Shown here: positions 1 to 12,864 of the stretch, piece after piece
How the letters are laid out: each line of letters begins with the position of its first letter
Position numbering within the stretch: the stretch's first letter is position 1
NCBI GenBank assembly: GCA_951406725.2
Contig: OX597816.1
Coordinates: 117,056,001 to 117,120,000, forward strand
Source: Octopus vulgaris
Lineage: Eukaryota
Length of the DNA stretch: 64,000 nt
Direction: 5' to 3'
Translations under genes and position numbers: made by a program
The notes under the pieces: model-generated
What the model was told of the DNA's origin: nothing
The model's input: the letters and a program-made list of their open reading frames with translations, nothing else
Databases searched by the model: none

Positions 1-254
1 TAACATATGTGGGAGGTACAGATGATTCTTTTTGACTCATTATTTGGCTGTATTTTATTGATCCAAGAATAATAAAAAATATCATTGACCTTGGTGGGAA
101 TTGAACTCAGAATGCAAAGAGGTATAATTAAATACTACAATATATTTTTTCCTAATACTCTGCCAATACTGCCAATTCCTGTCAATGATATCTGGCAGGG
201 ATTGAGTAGTCTGAGGACTGTGCCGAGCTGAGCCTGCTTTGGCAGATCTTAGGT

Positions 255-420
255 CAAACATCCTTACCAAATGGTTAGTGTGTTTGACCCATGAACACAA
301 AGTTTTGGATTTAATTTCTGGACTGGGCAGTGTGCTATATCTGTGAGAAAAGCTCTATTTTTCATGTTGCTCCAGGCTACATAAATGTAAATGAGTACCA
401 GACACATGTTGGTGTAGCTG
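255..420 (+). mobile_element. Degenerate tRNA-derived SINE (family D-like)
   Basis: Decayed A-box (AAATGGTTAG) and B-box-like segment followed by TTTCATGTTGCTCCAG, shared with the better copy at 31670-31905. Confidence 0.45.
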
Positions 421-699
421 TCTCTCTCTCTTTCTCCTGTTGTCATTTCCTGGTTGTGCTGAAGGTTTGGAATTCATGGCGCACAGAGGGTATCTATGTC
501 TGCTTGTAACTATATAGGCACCAAAAATCAATTAACAAAAGCATGGTATATTGTTGCAAATCCACACTTGTTTGGCAATGATAGCTGGCCACTTATACTA
601 TTTCAGAGAAAGTAGCAGATATGTGAGGTCTGCAGGGAATTCAGAATCCTGACTGACCAGTACAAGATCACAAGTTCTCTAAGTTTTGTACATGTATGT

Positions 700-810
<111 letters not shown>

Positions 811-1004
811 CAGAGGTTCTGCAACCAGTGAACAAAAGAAAGAAATATGCACAGAAAAGGTTTCTTTAAAATATTTTAAATGAGCCTCCTTTAAAATAAT
901 TTTTGTGCAGAAAAGAAGGGTTTTTTGTCAAGACCAGATATCAAGACTTGTTGTCAGGTCCTAATTTCACATGCTAATATAGTTTTATTAACCTCACATC
1001 ACCT

Positions 1005-1255
1005 GGCATAAAGCCACTGTCCTCAGTACTACTCCCCAGCAAGTTACGTGGTGACCTCACTAGCACTGGTGCCACATAAAAAGTACCCAGTACACTCTGT
1101 AAAGTGGTTTGCATTAGGAAGGGGATCCAGCTGAAGAAATCATGCCAAAGCAGACAGTAGAACTTGGCACAGTTTTCTGACTTGCCAGCTCCTATCAAAC
1201 CATCCAATCCATGCCAGCATGGAAAACAGATGTTAAATGATAATGATGATGACGA
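1005..1255 (+). mobile_element. RTE-type LINE 3' end with (GAT)n tail
   Basis: TTAGGAAGGGGATCCAGCTG...CCATGCCAGCATGGAAAACAGATGTTAAATGATAATGATG matches the tail attached to RTE coding sequence at 51215-52318. Confidence 0.75.
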
Positions 1256-1911
1256 AAGACAGGGTGTGCCAAAATTAATTTGGAACAATTTTAAGCTTAC
1301 ATTTGCACAAGTATTCAGTGCAAACATAATTTTGTCATAGGAAAAAAGTTTGCACAACATAAAATTTTTGCACACACTGATTACTAAAGATTAAAGCGAA
1401 CATTGGTATCAACCAAAAATAATTTTCACAGCAAGACTTAAATGTGTTTACATTCAGTTAATAAAGCATTCTTAGACTAACTAGTAACAAAAATAAAGCA
1501 ACTAAAACATTGAATTAAACAAGATTCTCTCTAGTAACACAGCTCCAACAAGTTCACTGGATGTATGCTACACTTTTTTGTACTAAAAACAAGTGGCCAT
1601 CTTTGTTCTGATATTTAAGATGTGTATTTATTCACTTACCACCTATTTGTATGCATTGTTTTTCTGTCATACACAAATGTATATAAACATCAAGCCATTG
1701 AAGGAGTCTCTATCTAGTTGCTTGGATTACTAGAAAGAGTAGCTAAATTTCCTTCATATCACATCTGTTTACCATCTTAAACAAAGAACACAGAATACAG
1801 ATGAGGATCTGTTGGAAGTTCAGCTCTAGCAAGTAGTGACATTCAACTTGGCTGCAGTGGAATTATCAAGACACCAATAGCAAAGTGAAATGATGATTGG
1901 CATTATCAAAC

Positions 1912-2163
1912 TGTGGCTCCTGTGCAGGTGACACATAAAAAGCATCATTTGAGCATGGCCGTTACCAGTACCATCTGACTGGCACGTAAAAGCACCCACT
2001 ACACTCTTGGAGTGGTTGGTGTTAGGAAGGGCATCCAGCTGTAGAAACCCTGCCAGATCAGATTGGTGCCTGGTTCAGCCATCTGGTTCGCCAGACCTCA
2101 ATCAAATCGTCCAACCCATGATAGCATGGAAAGCAGACGTTAAACGATGATGATGATGATGAC
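1912..2163 (+). mobile_element. RTE-type LINE 3' end with (GAT)n tail
   Basis: AAAAGCACCCACTACACTCTTGGAGTGGTTGGTGTTAGGAAGGGCATCCAGC...GACGTTAAACGATGATGAT; same family as the 52140-52318 tail. Confidence 0.8.
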
Positions 2164-3659
2164 TGTCATAGAGAATATGAAACACACTCCAGTCTGTTTC
2201 ACCATAGACTTTACTTCACTGTAACTTTGCGTTTGTACAGCGAAATAATTGTTAGCTTTCGTCTAAACTGTTTTGTACTTCACTGTATCACAGGAATAGG
2301 TAAATTAACATTTTTTCACAGGCTGACTACAAAAAGTATCCTGCACAGTACCTGAAAATATCAAAATTCTTTCAGTCATTTCCTCATCTCGTTTTCTGGT
2401 CTTCATAAAATAAGATATAGTTTCTGCTTTATTCTATGTCCTATAAGAAAGTTCAATCTTAACTTTTTGAACTTTAAAAATTCAACTAATCCAGTTATTT
2501 CTTTTCTAATTTACTTCTTAGCTTAAGAGAAATATAAATCATTTTTTACACATGATAAATGTTTCAAAAACACATTCCAACATATGCTAACATGGTACTT
2601 GGAAGTTGATGATGATGGTGATGACAGAGACAACAATGGCTTTTATTATTATTCTGTTACTCAATCTAGCCAGTGGATAAGGAATAAATTTTTCATACTC
2701 CTCTACATTTATAAGTTTATTGGTCAAAAAATTAAAATTGGTTGTCGATTTATTGTTTTGAGAAAACATAAGGCCATGTTTTTGATCCAGAATATAAAGG
2801 TGATGAAATCGATCTCAATTTATTCTGTGTATGTATTTTATAGACCCCAGAAGGAAAACAATGATGGCTCTCACACATTTGAACCCAGAATGAAGATGTC
2901 TCACCCTAAATCCTGTAAGTTAATTAATCTAGAGAACAGTAACTCAATATTAATTTAGTGTGTTTATCAGTGCTGATAGTTGATGGGCATATCTGGAGTG
3001 CAGCATTTTAACACTCCTCTTAATCTTGTATCAAGTCATTTATGAAACTCAACATTCTGATATCAAATTTTCTGTCATTTTTCTCCCCACATGTTCCTTT
3101 ACTTTCCTCCACTACAAGTACCTTATTCATAGTTCACAGTAATTTTCACTCAGAAAATTACCAGTTGCTACCAAATGGCCATACCGGTAAACTCACTTTC
3201 CCTTCATACATCGGCTGTCATGGTCTAAAGTCTAACTATTCTCTCAGCTATTTTAATCCCTTAATTTTAATGAAAGCAGACAATTCCCATCCAACAGTTA
3301 AACCTCAATTCATTTCTCCTCAGGTTCTGCAGTTCAATAATATACTTTCTCATTCAAGGTCCATTTCTAACTAAGGCATTAAACCCTTTTATTACCATAA
3401 TTCTGTTGAAAAAGCTGGGTTTTTTTTCTTTGTTCTTATTAATTTTGAAAATAACAAAGAATTCAGTAAAATATTTTTGTCGTTATTAAACTGTTTACGA
3501 CATAAATTAACATGAAATTTTGATAGGTTTTAACTAAGGTAACTTTAAAACAGAAAGTTTGTGTCATATGATGAAGGAAAGTCTCAATGGGGTTGATATC
3601 TGCAGAGTTAAGCCAGGAATTTATAAGAGAACAATATTGTGTAATATTTATTGTCTTAT

Positions 3660-4123
<464 letters not shown>

Positions 4124-4539
4124 GTTAAAAGATAACTGTAAAAATATGGGCTGGTTGCAACTAGAAACCAAAACTGTCTATGTGCCTTACTCACAAGGTA
4201 CTTATTTTGGGTTCTATAATGTCTACAACAAAAGTTCTCCTGTTCAAGCATGGCCATAGCCCCATAGGTTACAACCAATAGACAAGTAAACTATTTTAAA
4301 AGATTTAAATAACAGAAAGAAAAGAAATTAATCTAATGTTATCATTTTCAGAGGTAAGATATCAATCAACCTCAGTAAACATAGCCAGATGATCAAAGTA
4401 AAGTCGTATCGTGTAGAATTATATACACTGCCTTTATAGGCAAAAAAGTCTTGTAGTGGTTTTGAGCTCATGACATATTTGATGGTCCAATATTTTATCT
4501 TTCAATAATTTTGCTTTTGCTTCATACATATATACATAA

Positions 4540-4556
4540 TTTTATATCTACATATA

Positions 4557-4612
<56 letters not shown>

Positions 4613-4739
4613 GAATGTATGCAAATAAGTATGCATATATGTATATATATGTATATATATATTTATATATATGTATGTATGTTAATATGAATACAAGTAT
4701 ATGTGCTTATGCGTGTGTGTGTATGTGTGTGTACATGTG

Positions 4740-4770
<31 letters not shown>

Positions 4771-5225
4771 GTGTATATATGTGTGTGTGTGTACTCACAT
4801 ACACATATATACAAATATATATATGTATATATTTACATATATTTGTGTAAATATATACATATATATGTATATATTTACACACAAACACACACGTATATAT
4901 ATATATATATAGATAGATATAGATATACATACATATATGGATATATTTATTTATGTATAGATACATACATATATGTATATAGTTACTTATGTATATATAC
5001 ATATATGTATATGCTTACATATATATATATATATATATACACATATATACTTACATGTATATATTTAAATATATGTACACATATATACATACACATACAT
5101 ATATTCATATATATATATATATACACACACACATACACACACACTTAAGTATGAATGTGTGCGTTTATAAGAATTTATGAGTATGTATAGCATGATGAAT
5201 ATATGTGTGTGTATATAAATGTGTT
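4540..5225. repeat. Compound TA/TG/TACA microsatellite field
   Basis: Degenerate alternating purine-pyrimidine repeats; the overlapping Y/I/C/V/H/T ORFs are artefacts. Confidence 0.9.
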
Positions 5226-6334
5226 TTATGAAGTTTTTGTTGAGTCATCCTTCACTTTGTTGACATTTTGAAGCAAGAAGGTAAAAAAGAAATTAAAGCC
5301 TTTTCTGTTAAGAACCAAATTATTGTTTAAGTTCTTCCAATATGACAATAAATATATTATTTGATGGATCTTTCACAAATCAAACTAACTTTTTTTGAAT
5401 TTTTCTTATACATTTTAAACATTTTAAAATGAAATTATAGTCATACCTATAATAAATGAATGACAACAACCAAAATCTTCTCGTCTTTTTGGCACTGTCA
5501 GCAGAATGTTTAGTAAAACTTTTCAGAGAAAGAACTTCAGAAATGTCTCTAATATATGGATGACATTTTCAGATAATTTATCAACACTACAAAGGAGTCA
5601 AAAATTAAATAGCATCTTTATACTTGCGCTATGAAAAAGAAATGCTAATTATAAATTAGATTAAAATCAATTACAGTATTATTTCTAATACAGAAGTCAC
5701 AAAACTGAAATAAATACAAAGAGTAACATATAATCTTTTGAGTACAGAAATGTGTATGAGTGTTTGGAGGTTAGGAAGTACATCGAATAAAGAATGTACA
5801 TATACATGTACAGTTGCTGCTGTTGTTGTTGTTTTTTGGTCAAAACTCAACTCTCATTGAACAGACCTGTGGTCAAGAGTTCTAGTTATGACTATCCTGT
5901 CTTATATTAGTGATTCCATTATAAGATGTCCTTAACTTTTCAAGATGATAGGGTGTGATTTGAAGTGATGTGAGTGTTATTTCTAGCAATCAATGTGACA
6001 CAGCTTCGATTTTAATCCCTTTTATATATTATATATACATGTTTTGGGGGTGGCACATGTGTGTATGCATGTGTGTGTGTATTGATGGATTAATAAGAGG
6101 TGGATAGGTAATACTTATGACCCTTTTCAGTGCTCTGTGACTGGTGAGAGGAAGGGAGGAAGATTTTCTCTGCTCTAAGACCTGACATGAATACTTACAG
6201 CAGAGAAAATTCCCTAAAACAACATAAAGGCTACGTTGTGGCATTATACCAAATAATGATTTAAATCTACCATCCAAGGCATTATGCTTAACTATGTTTT
6301 CATAAAGGAAACCAATATTTTTCTCAGTATTTAC

Positions 6335-6733
6335 TTTTTATCTTTTAATTGTGACAATCACTGGACTGCAACTATTCTGGGACAAATTGATGCCAAAACT
6401 TATTTTTAAGTCTGGTACTTATTCCATTGGTCTCTTTTGCTGAACTTCTAAGATACAGGGAAGTAAACAAACTAACACTGGTTGTCAAGCAGTGATAGTG
6501 GACAGAAACAAACACCAAAACATGCACACTCACACCCATACACACATTTTATATATATCACTAGCCACTGCACATTCTTTATTTTCTCTCCTTGTTTCTT
6601 TCTGTGTTTCTTTCTGTGGAAGAGTGTAGGCTTGAAACGGTAAAGACTTTTTCATTTCCCGGGCATTAAACTAGTACATCTGTTTGTTGTCTGCACCACC
6701 TGTCTTTGTCTTTTGTTTTTTTGTGAATTCTCC

Positions 6734-6794
<61 letters not shown>

Positions 6795-6945
6795 GATTCC
6801 ACAGAGTTTCTATCAACCAAGTTAACTCACAAGGTATTGGTCAGCCTGGGGCTAATGTAGAAAACACTTGTCCAAGGTACCAAGCAGTAGGACTGAACCT
6901 GGAACCATGTGGTTGTAAAGTAAGCTTCTTAAACACACAGCCATA
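6335..6945 (-). mobile_element. SINE family A copy interrupted in its TA tract by an HHR-bearing element (6560-6737)
   Basis: SINE tail at 6335-6545 and head at 6788-6945 flank an unrelated insert bounded by (TA)n. Confidence 0.75.
6609..6646 (+). ncRNA. Variant minimal hammerhead-like motif (CUGUNGA-A family), degenerate copy
   Basis: TCTTT-CTGTGGA-A-GAGT GTAG GCTT-GAAAC-GGT-AAAGA; stem I TCTTT/AAAGA; homologous to 11601-11638 and 11838-11875. Confidence 0.45.
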
Positions 6946-7227
6946 CCAGAGAAGCTTTCTCTTTTTTTTTTCTGCTTTGTATCAATATTATTTTTATATT
7001 TAAGACAGGGCACTTAAGGCAAATACTAGAATGCTAAACAAGAAGCAGTATCACATTTGATACCCAATGATCCATTCAGGTCTTGGTAAAATACACTCAG
7101 TAAAGTTGCTACTATGATTACCAATTTCATCCACTAACAAAAATTAATATTCTCTCAGTTTATATTTATTTTGTTCTATCAAACTCGATTTTGAAAGTAT
7201 AAATTTTATTATAATGTTGCTAATATT

Positions 7228-8030
7228 CTTTTCTACTCAAGGCACAAGGTCCAAAACTTTGGGGAAGGGGGCCAGTGTATAACTGGTACTTAATTTATTG
7301 ACCCCAAAAAGATGAAAGGCAAAGTCAACCTTGGTGGAATTTGAACTCAGAACATAAGGACAGACGAAATACCACAAATCAAAATGTTGCTAATATTGTG
7401 AAACAAATAGCATAAAGTTTACTGTATGCCTAGTTTTAATTTCCTGTGACAAACCAGTTAATTTTAAGTAAATATTTTGGTGGGATAGTTAGCAATAAAT
7501 ATAAGGTGGTGAGCTGACAGAACCATTAACACACCAGACAAAATGCTTAACATCATTTTCTAATTGTCTTTACGAGTTCAAACTCCACCAAGGTCATCTT
7601 GCCTGCCATCATTTCAGAGTCAATCAAATAAGCACCAATTGAGCATTAGTGCAAAGACAAAAAAGAAAATTCAGGCCTTGTACCAATAGTAGAAAGGATT
7701 ATCTATATTTTACATCTAGTGTTGATGTAAATATTTAAAAAAATTTTTATCTGTGAAAACGAGATTACTAATCCATAAAATTTTTATCTTAACAGCTCGC
7801 ATAAGGCACTTCATTATACTTATGCTATTGCTTTCAAATTTTGGCACAAGGCCAGAAATTTGGGGAAGGGGGAAGTTGGTCACTTGACCCCCAGAGTTCA
7901 ACTGGTACTTATTTTATCAATCCCAAAAGGATGAAAGGCAAAGTGAACCTTAACAAAATTTAAAATCAGAGATTAAAGATGGATGAAATGCTGCTAAGCA
8001 TTTTTCCTGGCATACTAACGATTTTGCCAT
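7228..8030. mobile_element. Three copies of SINE family C (-, +, -)
   Basis: Shared GGATGAAAGGCAAAGTCAACC..GGAATTTGAACTCAG core at about 7228-7380 (-), 7503-7700 (+), 7830-8030 (-); another decayed copy at about 1-180 (-). Confidence 0.8.
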
Positions 8031-9051
8031 ATGTAACTATTGATATTAGAAATAAAAGTATGCCTATCATACAATTGTGTTATCCACCCTCCATGAATCC
8101 ACCCTCCATGAATCCACGTCAGACAGACATAGTGTTAATGTAAGTAAATGAAACCCAAAAATATTTTGAACTAATGCGCTGATCTTAGTTTAAATTAGTA
8201 AGAATTTCTAAGGGCAGGGATCCAATTTACCTTTTCAAACAGATAAACCTGAAAAAAAAGATCAGAGGAAAAATTTTAAAAACTGAAAAAAATTAAAATC
8301 TGAATGCCATTTAAAAAGAATTTTTTCCTAATACTATTTAATACCAGTTATGGGCAAACTGCAAACCACAGGCTACATTTAGTCTGTGGGACTTTCTAAG
8401 TGGCACACCTAACAAAAAATTACCTTGAAAGTTTTTAGTAGTTTGGCCAACCTGATGATGAGCAATGTTACATGTGGCCCACTTCTCAAAAAAGGCAGCC
8501 CATACATGATATAGAATAACACTTAAAATAACACTTCTTTTTTTCATTGAATTCAAAATTTTTTCAGTGAATTCAAAATTTTTTCAGTGAATTCAAAATT
8601 CAGTTTCAGTTACTAATTAATTTCACTCAGTTTTTCCAAGATTGTTTCAATTTGTGATAATATCTTAATAATATACAATTTTATAAAACATTATGAATAT
8701 TTATTATAAATTGTAATAAATTACACATAGATAATTTACTTATCATTATGAATGTATATAACAACTATAACTGACTTTCTCTCACTCCCTCTCCCTCAGG
8801 AAAAGAAAAAGAAGACAAACTAAAAACAACCAATTGATCAACTTTTTAATAATATAAATTATAAGAAAACAAAGCAAAAATTAATACTGCAGTGTATGTG
8901 TGAGTGTTTAAATGGTTATCAGGAATGACTCTATTATGATGCACTAGTTTTTAATATAATGTATATACAATATATCAATACATATATATATATATATATA
9001 TATATAAGAAAATGAGAGGATAAAGGAAAAAACAATTATGTTATGAACTAT

Positions 9052-9172
9052 AGCTTACAGCTGTTTCTGCTATAAGATATAGAACCCTAGTTGAAGGACG
9101 TTATATCTGCTATAAGATGTGAACCCATAGCTGAGTGCTGCCTGAATAACACCTTATAGTTTCATTGCAGTC
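9052..9172 (-). ncRNA. Degenerate type-I hammerhead (same family as 52707-52787)
   Basis: Minus strand: decayed core GCAATGA, stem II CTATAAG../..CTTATAG, then GAAAC-AGCT-GTA-AGCT; a ~40-nt internal duplication in stem II. Confidence 0.55.
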
Positions 9173-9232
9173 TTCAAATATGAAGTGCAATTTATTTGTG
9201 AAAAGAATTTATATATATATGTATATGTATAT

Positions 9233-9462
9233 GCGTGGAGGCGCAATGGCCTAGTGGTTAGGGCAGTGGACTTGCGGTCGGAGGTTCGCGGTTTCGATTC
9301 CCAGACCGGGCGTTGTGTGTGTTTATTGAGCGAAAAACACCTAAAAGCTCCACGAGGCTCCGGCAGGAGGTGGTGATCCCTGCTGTACTCTTTCACCACT
9401 CTAAAGGCGGTGCTCCAGCATGGCCACAGTCAAATGACTGAAACAAGTACAAAAAAAAAAAA
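9233..9462 (+). mobile_element. SINE family B head fused to family A 3' tail plus poly(A)
   Basis: A-box TGGCCTAGTGGTTAG and B-box-like GGTTTCGATTCCC to 9400, then CTAAAGGCGGTGCTCCAGCATGGCCACAGTC and an A-run. Confidence 0.85.
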
Positions 9463-9474
9463 ATATATATATAT

Positions 9475-10387
9475 AATTAATTAATAAGGGTGAGAGAATT
9501 AGATACTAATTTAATAGCATATCTATTCAACACCAAGTGGCCCAGTGCCTCGAGAAACCTGGATTATTATAATATTTTATAATATATTATAATATTTTAT
9601 ACAAAAATAAATATAAGAGAATGGTCACTATGTGGCTCATTCTAGCACTAGAAAATCCAAAAGGTTTCAACCACAAAAATGCATGTTTCCTATGAAAGTC
9701 AGTACGATTGTTAGCTCACACGAGCAGGGCAAATAAAAAATAACAAAAATACAGATTATTTTGGGACAATTTATAGGAAACATGTATTTTTGTGGTTGAA
9801 ACCTTTTGGATTTTCTAGTGCTAGAATGAGCCACATAGTGACCATTCTCTTATATTTATTTTTGTATAAAATATTATAATATATTATAAAATATTATAAT
9901 AATCCAGGTTTCTTGAGGCACTGGGCCACTTGGTGTTGAATAGATATGCTATTAAATTAGTATCTAATTCTCTCACCCTTATTAATTAATTATAATTATG
10001 CTACATTTATTTCTAAATGTAGTATTTGTTTCCGTGAAAGTTTGGCGCGCTGTTGGTAAGGGCATTTGAATTATAACGTCGGATGTAATCAATTGAACCA
10101 CACGTGTATTTATCGTTATGGTAAAATCTGGCGTGTGATTGAGTGGATTTCATCCAGATAGTTTTGGCTGAGGAGCTACAGGTGGGTTTTTTGTAAGTAA
10201 AATTACATTTAATTCATTAATAGCGAAACAATTGTCCCAAAATGATCTGTATTTTTGTTATTTTTTATTTGCCCTGTTCGTGTGAGCTAACAATCGTACT
10301 GACTTTCATAGGAAACATGTATTTTTGTGGTTGAAACCTTTTGGATTTTCTAGTGCTAGAATGAGCCACATAGTGACCATTCTCTTA

Positions 10388-10390
<3 letters not shown>
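9475..10390. mobile_element. Non-coding Penelope-like/retrozyme-like element: inverted copy plus 535-nt unit with partial direct repeat
   Basis: 9475-9770 is the reverse complement of sequence in 9773-10390; ATAGGAAACATG recurs at 9773 and 10308; contains an HHR; flanked by TA-rich tracts. Confidence 0.8.
10155..10249 (+). ncRNA. Type-I minimal hammerhead ribozyme, intact core
   Basis: Stem I CAGAT-A-GTTTTGG/CCAAAAT-G-ATCTG; core CTGAGGA 10168-74; stem II GCTA/TAGC; GAAAC-AATT-GTC with palindromic CAATTG; predicted cleavage after 10236. Confidence 0.88.
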
Positions 10391-10466
<76 letters not shown>

Positions 10467-10599
10467 ATGAGTGGATGCTTCAAGTATACAAGCATTAGCA
10501 ATTCATATTCCTCAGAAAGTTAACTATAGTTACAACCCCTATCTCAATTTATATATATATATATATCTGCCCATCAATCCATCTCTATCTACTATTCCA

Positions 10600-10930
10600 G
10601 GCAGGGTCGTGGGAGTAGAGTTCTCACGTACTTCCTCCATAGGATCCCTTCAGAAGCAAGCATCATTATACATTCAGACTGGATTCTCAAGCATGACCAA
10701 CTTAGACTAATTTCACTCGTGGTCTGCCTCTAGCTCTCCCTGCTCTTGGCTCAACTTGAAGAATCCACCTTGTGATTGTTTCTTGTAACATTTTAATCAC
10801 ATGTCTTTAATACTGGAACTGTGACCTCTCAATGCAGAGAAGTAGCAGCTTGCACTGGAGAGACTCCCTGATCTCCAAGTTATGCAGGTGACCCCCGTGA
10901 AGCCAACAACAGGTGCAATAATCTCATGCA
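10600..10930 (-). mobile_element. RTE-clade LINE RT C-terminal fragment
   Basis: Minus translation EIRESLQCKLLLLCIERSQFQY*RHVIKM...RAGRARGRPR fits the RTE consensus LL.IERSQLRW.GH..RM...R.RGRPR. Confidence 0.7.
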
Positions 10931-11037
10931 TATGCATCGGTGGCAGAGACAATGGTCAGTGATGGTCTCCCTCGATCACGGTTGAGCAGACATCATCTGT
11001 ATATACATACATATCATCACTAAGTAGTAGTAGTAGC

Positions 11038-11095
<58 letters not shown>

Positions 11096-11328
11096 TAGAA
11101 GAAACAAATGAAGTTGAAAATGCACAGAGTTATATATGAAGATTTATTTAAATTAAAATTCATACACTTAATCAGTTTCACATTCGTGTGATTTTCAAAA
11201 GTATATGTTTTGAGAAACATGGAGCAGTGTTGCAAAGTTACCGTGTGCGTACATGTGTATGTATGTGTATGTGTGTGTGTGTGTGTGTGCATGCGTGTAC
11301 ATGCTTGCACATGTATACAGCTAGAGAC

Positions 11329-11388
<60 letters not shown>

Positions 11389-11600
11389 TCTTTTATCTTT
11401 TACTTACCTCATAATATGATAAGGAATTAAAAAAATAATAAGGAATAAATATATATATATATATATAAAGAAATAAAATCTGTAATGTAATCCCTAAGTT
11501 AAAGACATTAATATTTATAAGGGTTACCAACTAAAAGACGAAGACAGGTGGTGTAGACAACAAACAGATGTAATAGTATAACGCTCGGGAAGTGAAAAAG

Positions 11601-11638
11601 TCTTTAACGTTTCGAGCCTACGCACTTTCACAGAAAGA
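11601..11638 (-). ncRNA. Variant minimal hammerhead-like motif (CUGUNGA-A family)
   Basis: Minus: TCTTT-CTGTGAA-A-GTGC GTAG GCTC-GAAAC-GTT-AAAGA; palindrome AACGTT replaces stem III. Confidence 0.5.
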
Positions 11639-11837
11639 AACAAAGAGAGAAAATAAAGAATGTGTAGTGTGTAGCGATCTATGTGTGTGTGTATAGTAAA
11701 TTCCCCAAAAAACGAAGAACAAACATAAAAAACAACGCGAGGTCATATATATATATATATATATATATCAGGACGCCATGATAGATCGTTAGCTACAACA
11801 CGCATCATTTTTTTCTCTCCTTGTTTTTCTCTGTGTA

Positions 11838-11875
11838 TCTTTCTGTCGAAGAGGGTAGGCTCGAAATGTAAAAGA
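11838..11875 (+). ncRNA. Variant minimal hammerhead-like motif (CUGUNGA-A family)
   Basis: TCTTT-CTGTCGA-A-GAGG GTAG GCTC-GAAAT-GTA-AAAGA. Confidence 0.5.
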
Positions 11876-11958
11876 CTTTTTCTATTCCTGAGCGCTATAC
11901 TAATACATTGGTTTGTTTGTACTTAACCTGCCTTTTGTTTATTTTCGTAAATTTTCCC

Positions 11959-11998
<40 letters not shown>

Positions 11999-12524
11999 CA
12001 GGGTGTAGTGAATAAACTGTCGTCTAAATTGCACAAAAATAACACTTGACATCTCATTTTAACAGCTATATTTACTAAAATTAGATAAAAATATCTTGAA
12101 AAACTAAAGAGTAAATTTATTCAACAAAATCGCCATTGGCTTCGGCCACGACCTCCAGACGACTTCGGAATCTCCTGCACCTCTTGTGGACGGTCTCCTT
12201 GTTAAAGTTGGTGAATGCTGCCTTCAGTTCATCTTTGGTGTAGCTAGGAGTTTCGTTGGTCTCTCGCTCAACTGCACCCCACACATAATAATCAAGGGGA
12301 TTGCAGTCAGGAAAGTTAGGTGGCCAGATGTTAGGGGTGATGTGGTCGCAGAAATTGTATGACAGCCATGACTGGGTTCCCCTGCTTGTGTGACATGGTG
12401 CAGAGTCCTGTTGCCAGACATAGGGACTTCCAGCAGCCATCATCTCTAGACTCAGGGCAGCACTACCACCTCCAGGCACTTAATGTAGGCTTCCGTGTTG
12501 AGTGTGAGGTCGTGCGGGAAGATG

Positions 12525-12526
<2 letters not shown>
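11999..12526 (-). mobile_element. Tc1/mariner DD37D (maT) transposon 3' fragment with one TIR
   Basis: ORF 12117-12479: WQQDSAPCH...WPPNFPDCNPLDY with 37 residues counted between the 2nd and 3rd Asp; terminus TA|CAGGGTGTAG. Confidence 0.9.
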
Positions 12527-12567
<41 letters not shown>

Positions 12568-12568
<1 letters not shown>

Positions 12569-12858
12569 CAGCGCAATGGCCCAGTGGTTAGGGCAGCGGA
12601 CTCGCGGTCGTAGGATTGCGGTTTCGATTTCCAGACCGAGCGCTGTGAGTGTTTATTGAGCGAAAACACCTAAAGCTTCACGAGGCTCCGGCAGGGGAGG
12701 GGTGGCGATCCCTGCTGTACTCTTTCGCCACAACTTTCTCTCACTCTTTCTTCTGTTGGCCTGCTCGCTTAGCCAAGCGGGGTGGCGTCATTTGAAGGCT
12801 AAAACAATGCGAAGTGCATTGTGACCAGCGATGTGTAGCAACATCTGATATCCTGGTC
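12568..12858 (+). mobile_element. tRNA-derived SINE family B, near full length
   Basis: Closely similar to 26789-27097; A/B boxes present; sits after a (TG)n tract. Confidence 0.9.
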
Positions 12859-12864
12859 TCAGGA

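Larger units (their letters stand above)
11532..11960. mobile_element. Inverted pair of a short non-coding element with a variant HHR motif
   Basis: 11532-11680 (-) and 11770-11960 (+) are reverse-complement homologues separated by (TA)n; third copy at 6560-6737. Confidence 0.75.

Noticed and set aside
2584-3374. ORFs of 124 and 110 aa in non-repetitive sequence
   Set aside because: No recognisable domain or supporting splice structure; consistent with chance ORFs
8549-8602. 20-bp tandem repeat GAATTCAAAATTTTTTCAGT (similar short arrays at 8085-8116 and 24977-25025)
   Set aside because: Simple local slippage duplications without spacers; not CRISPR-like
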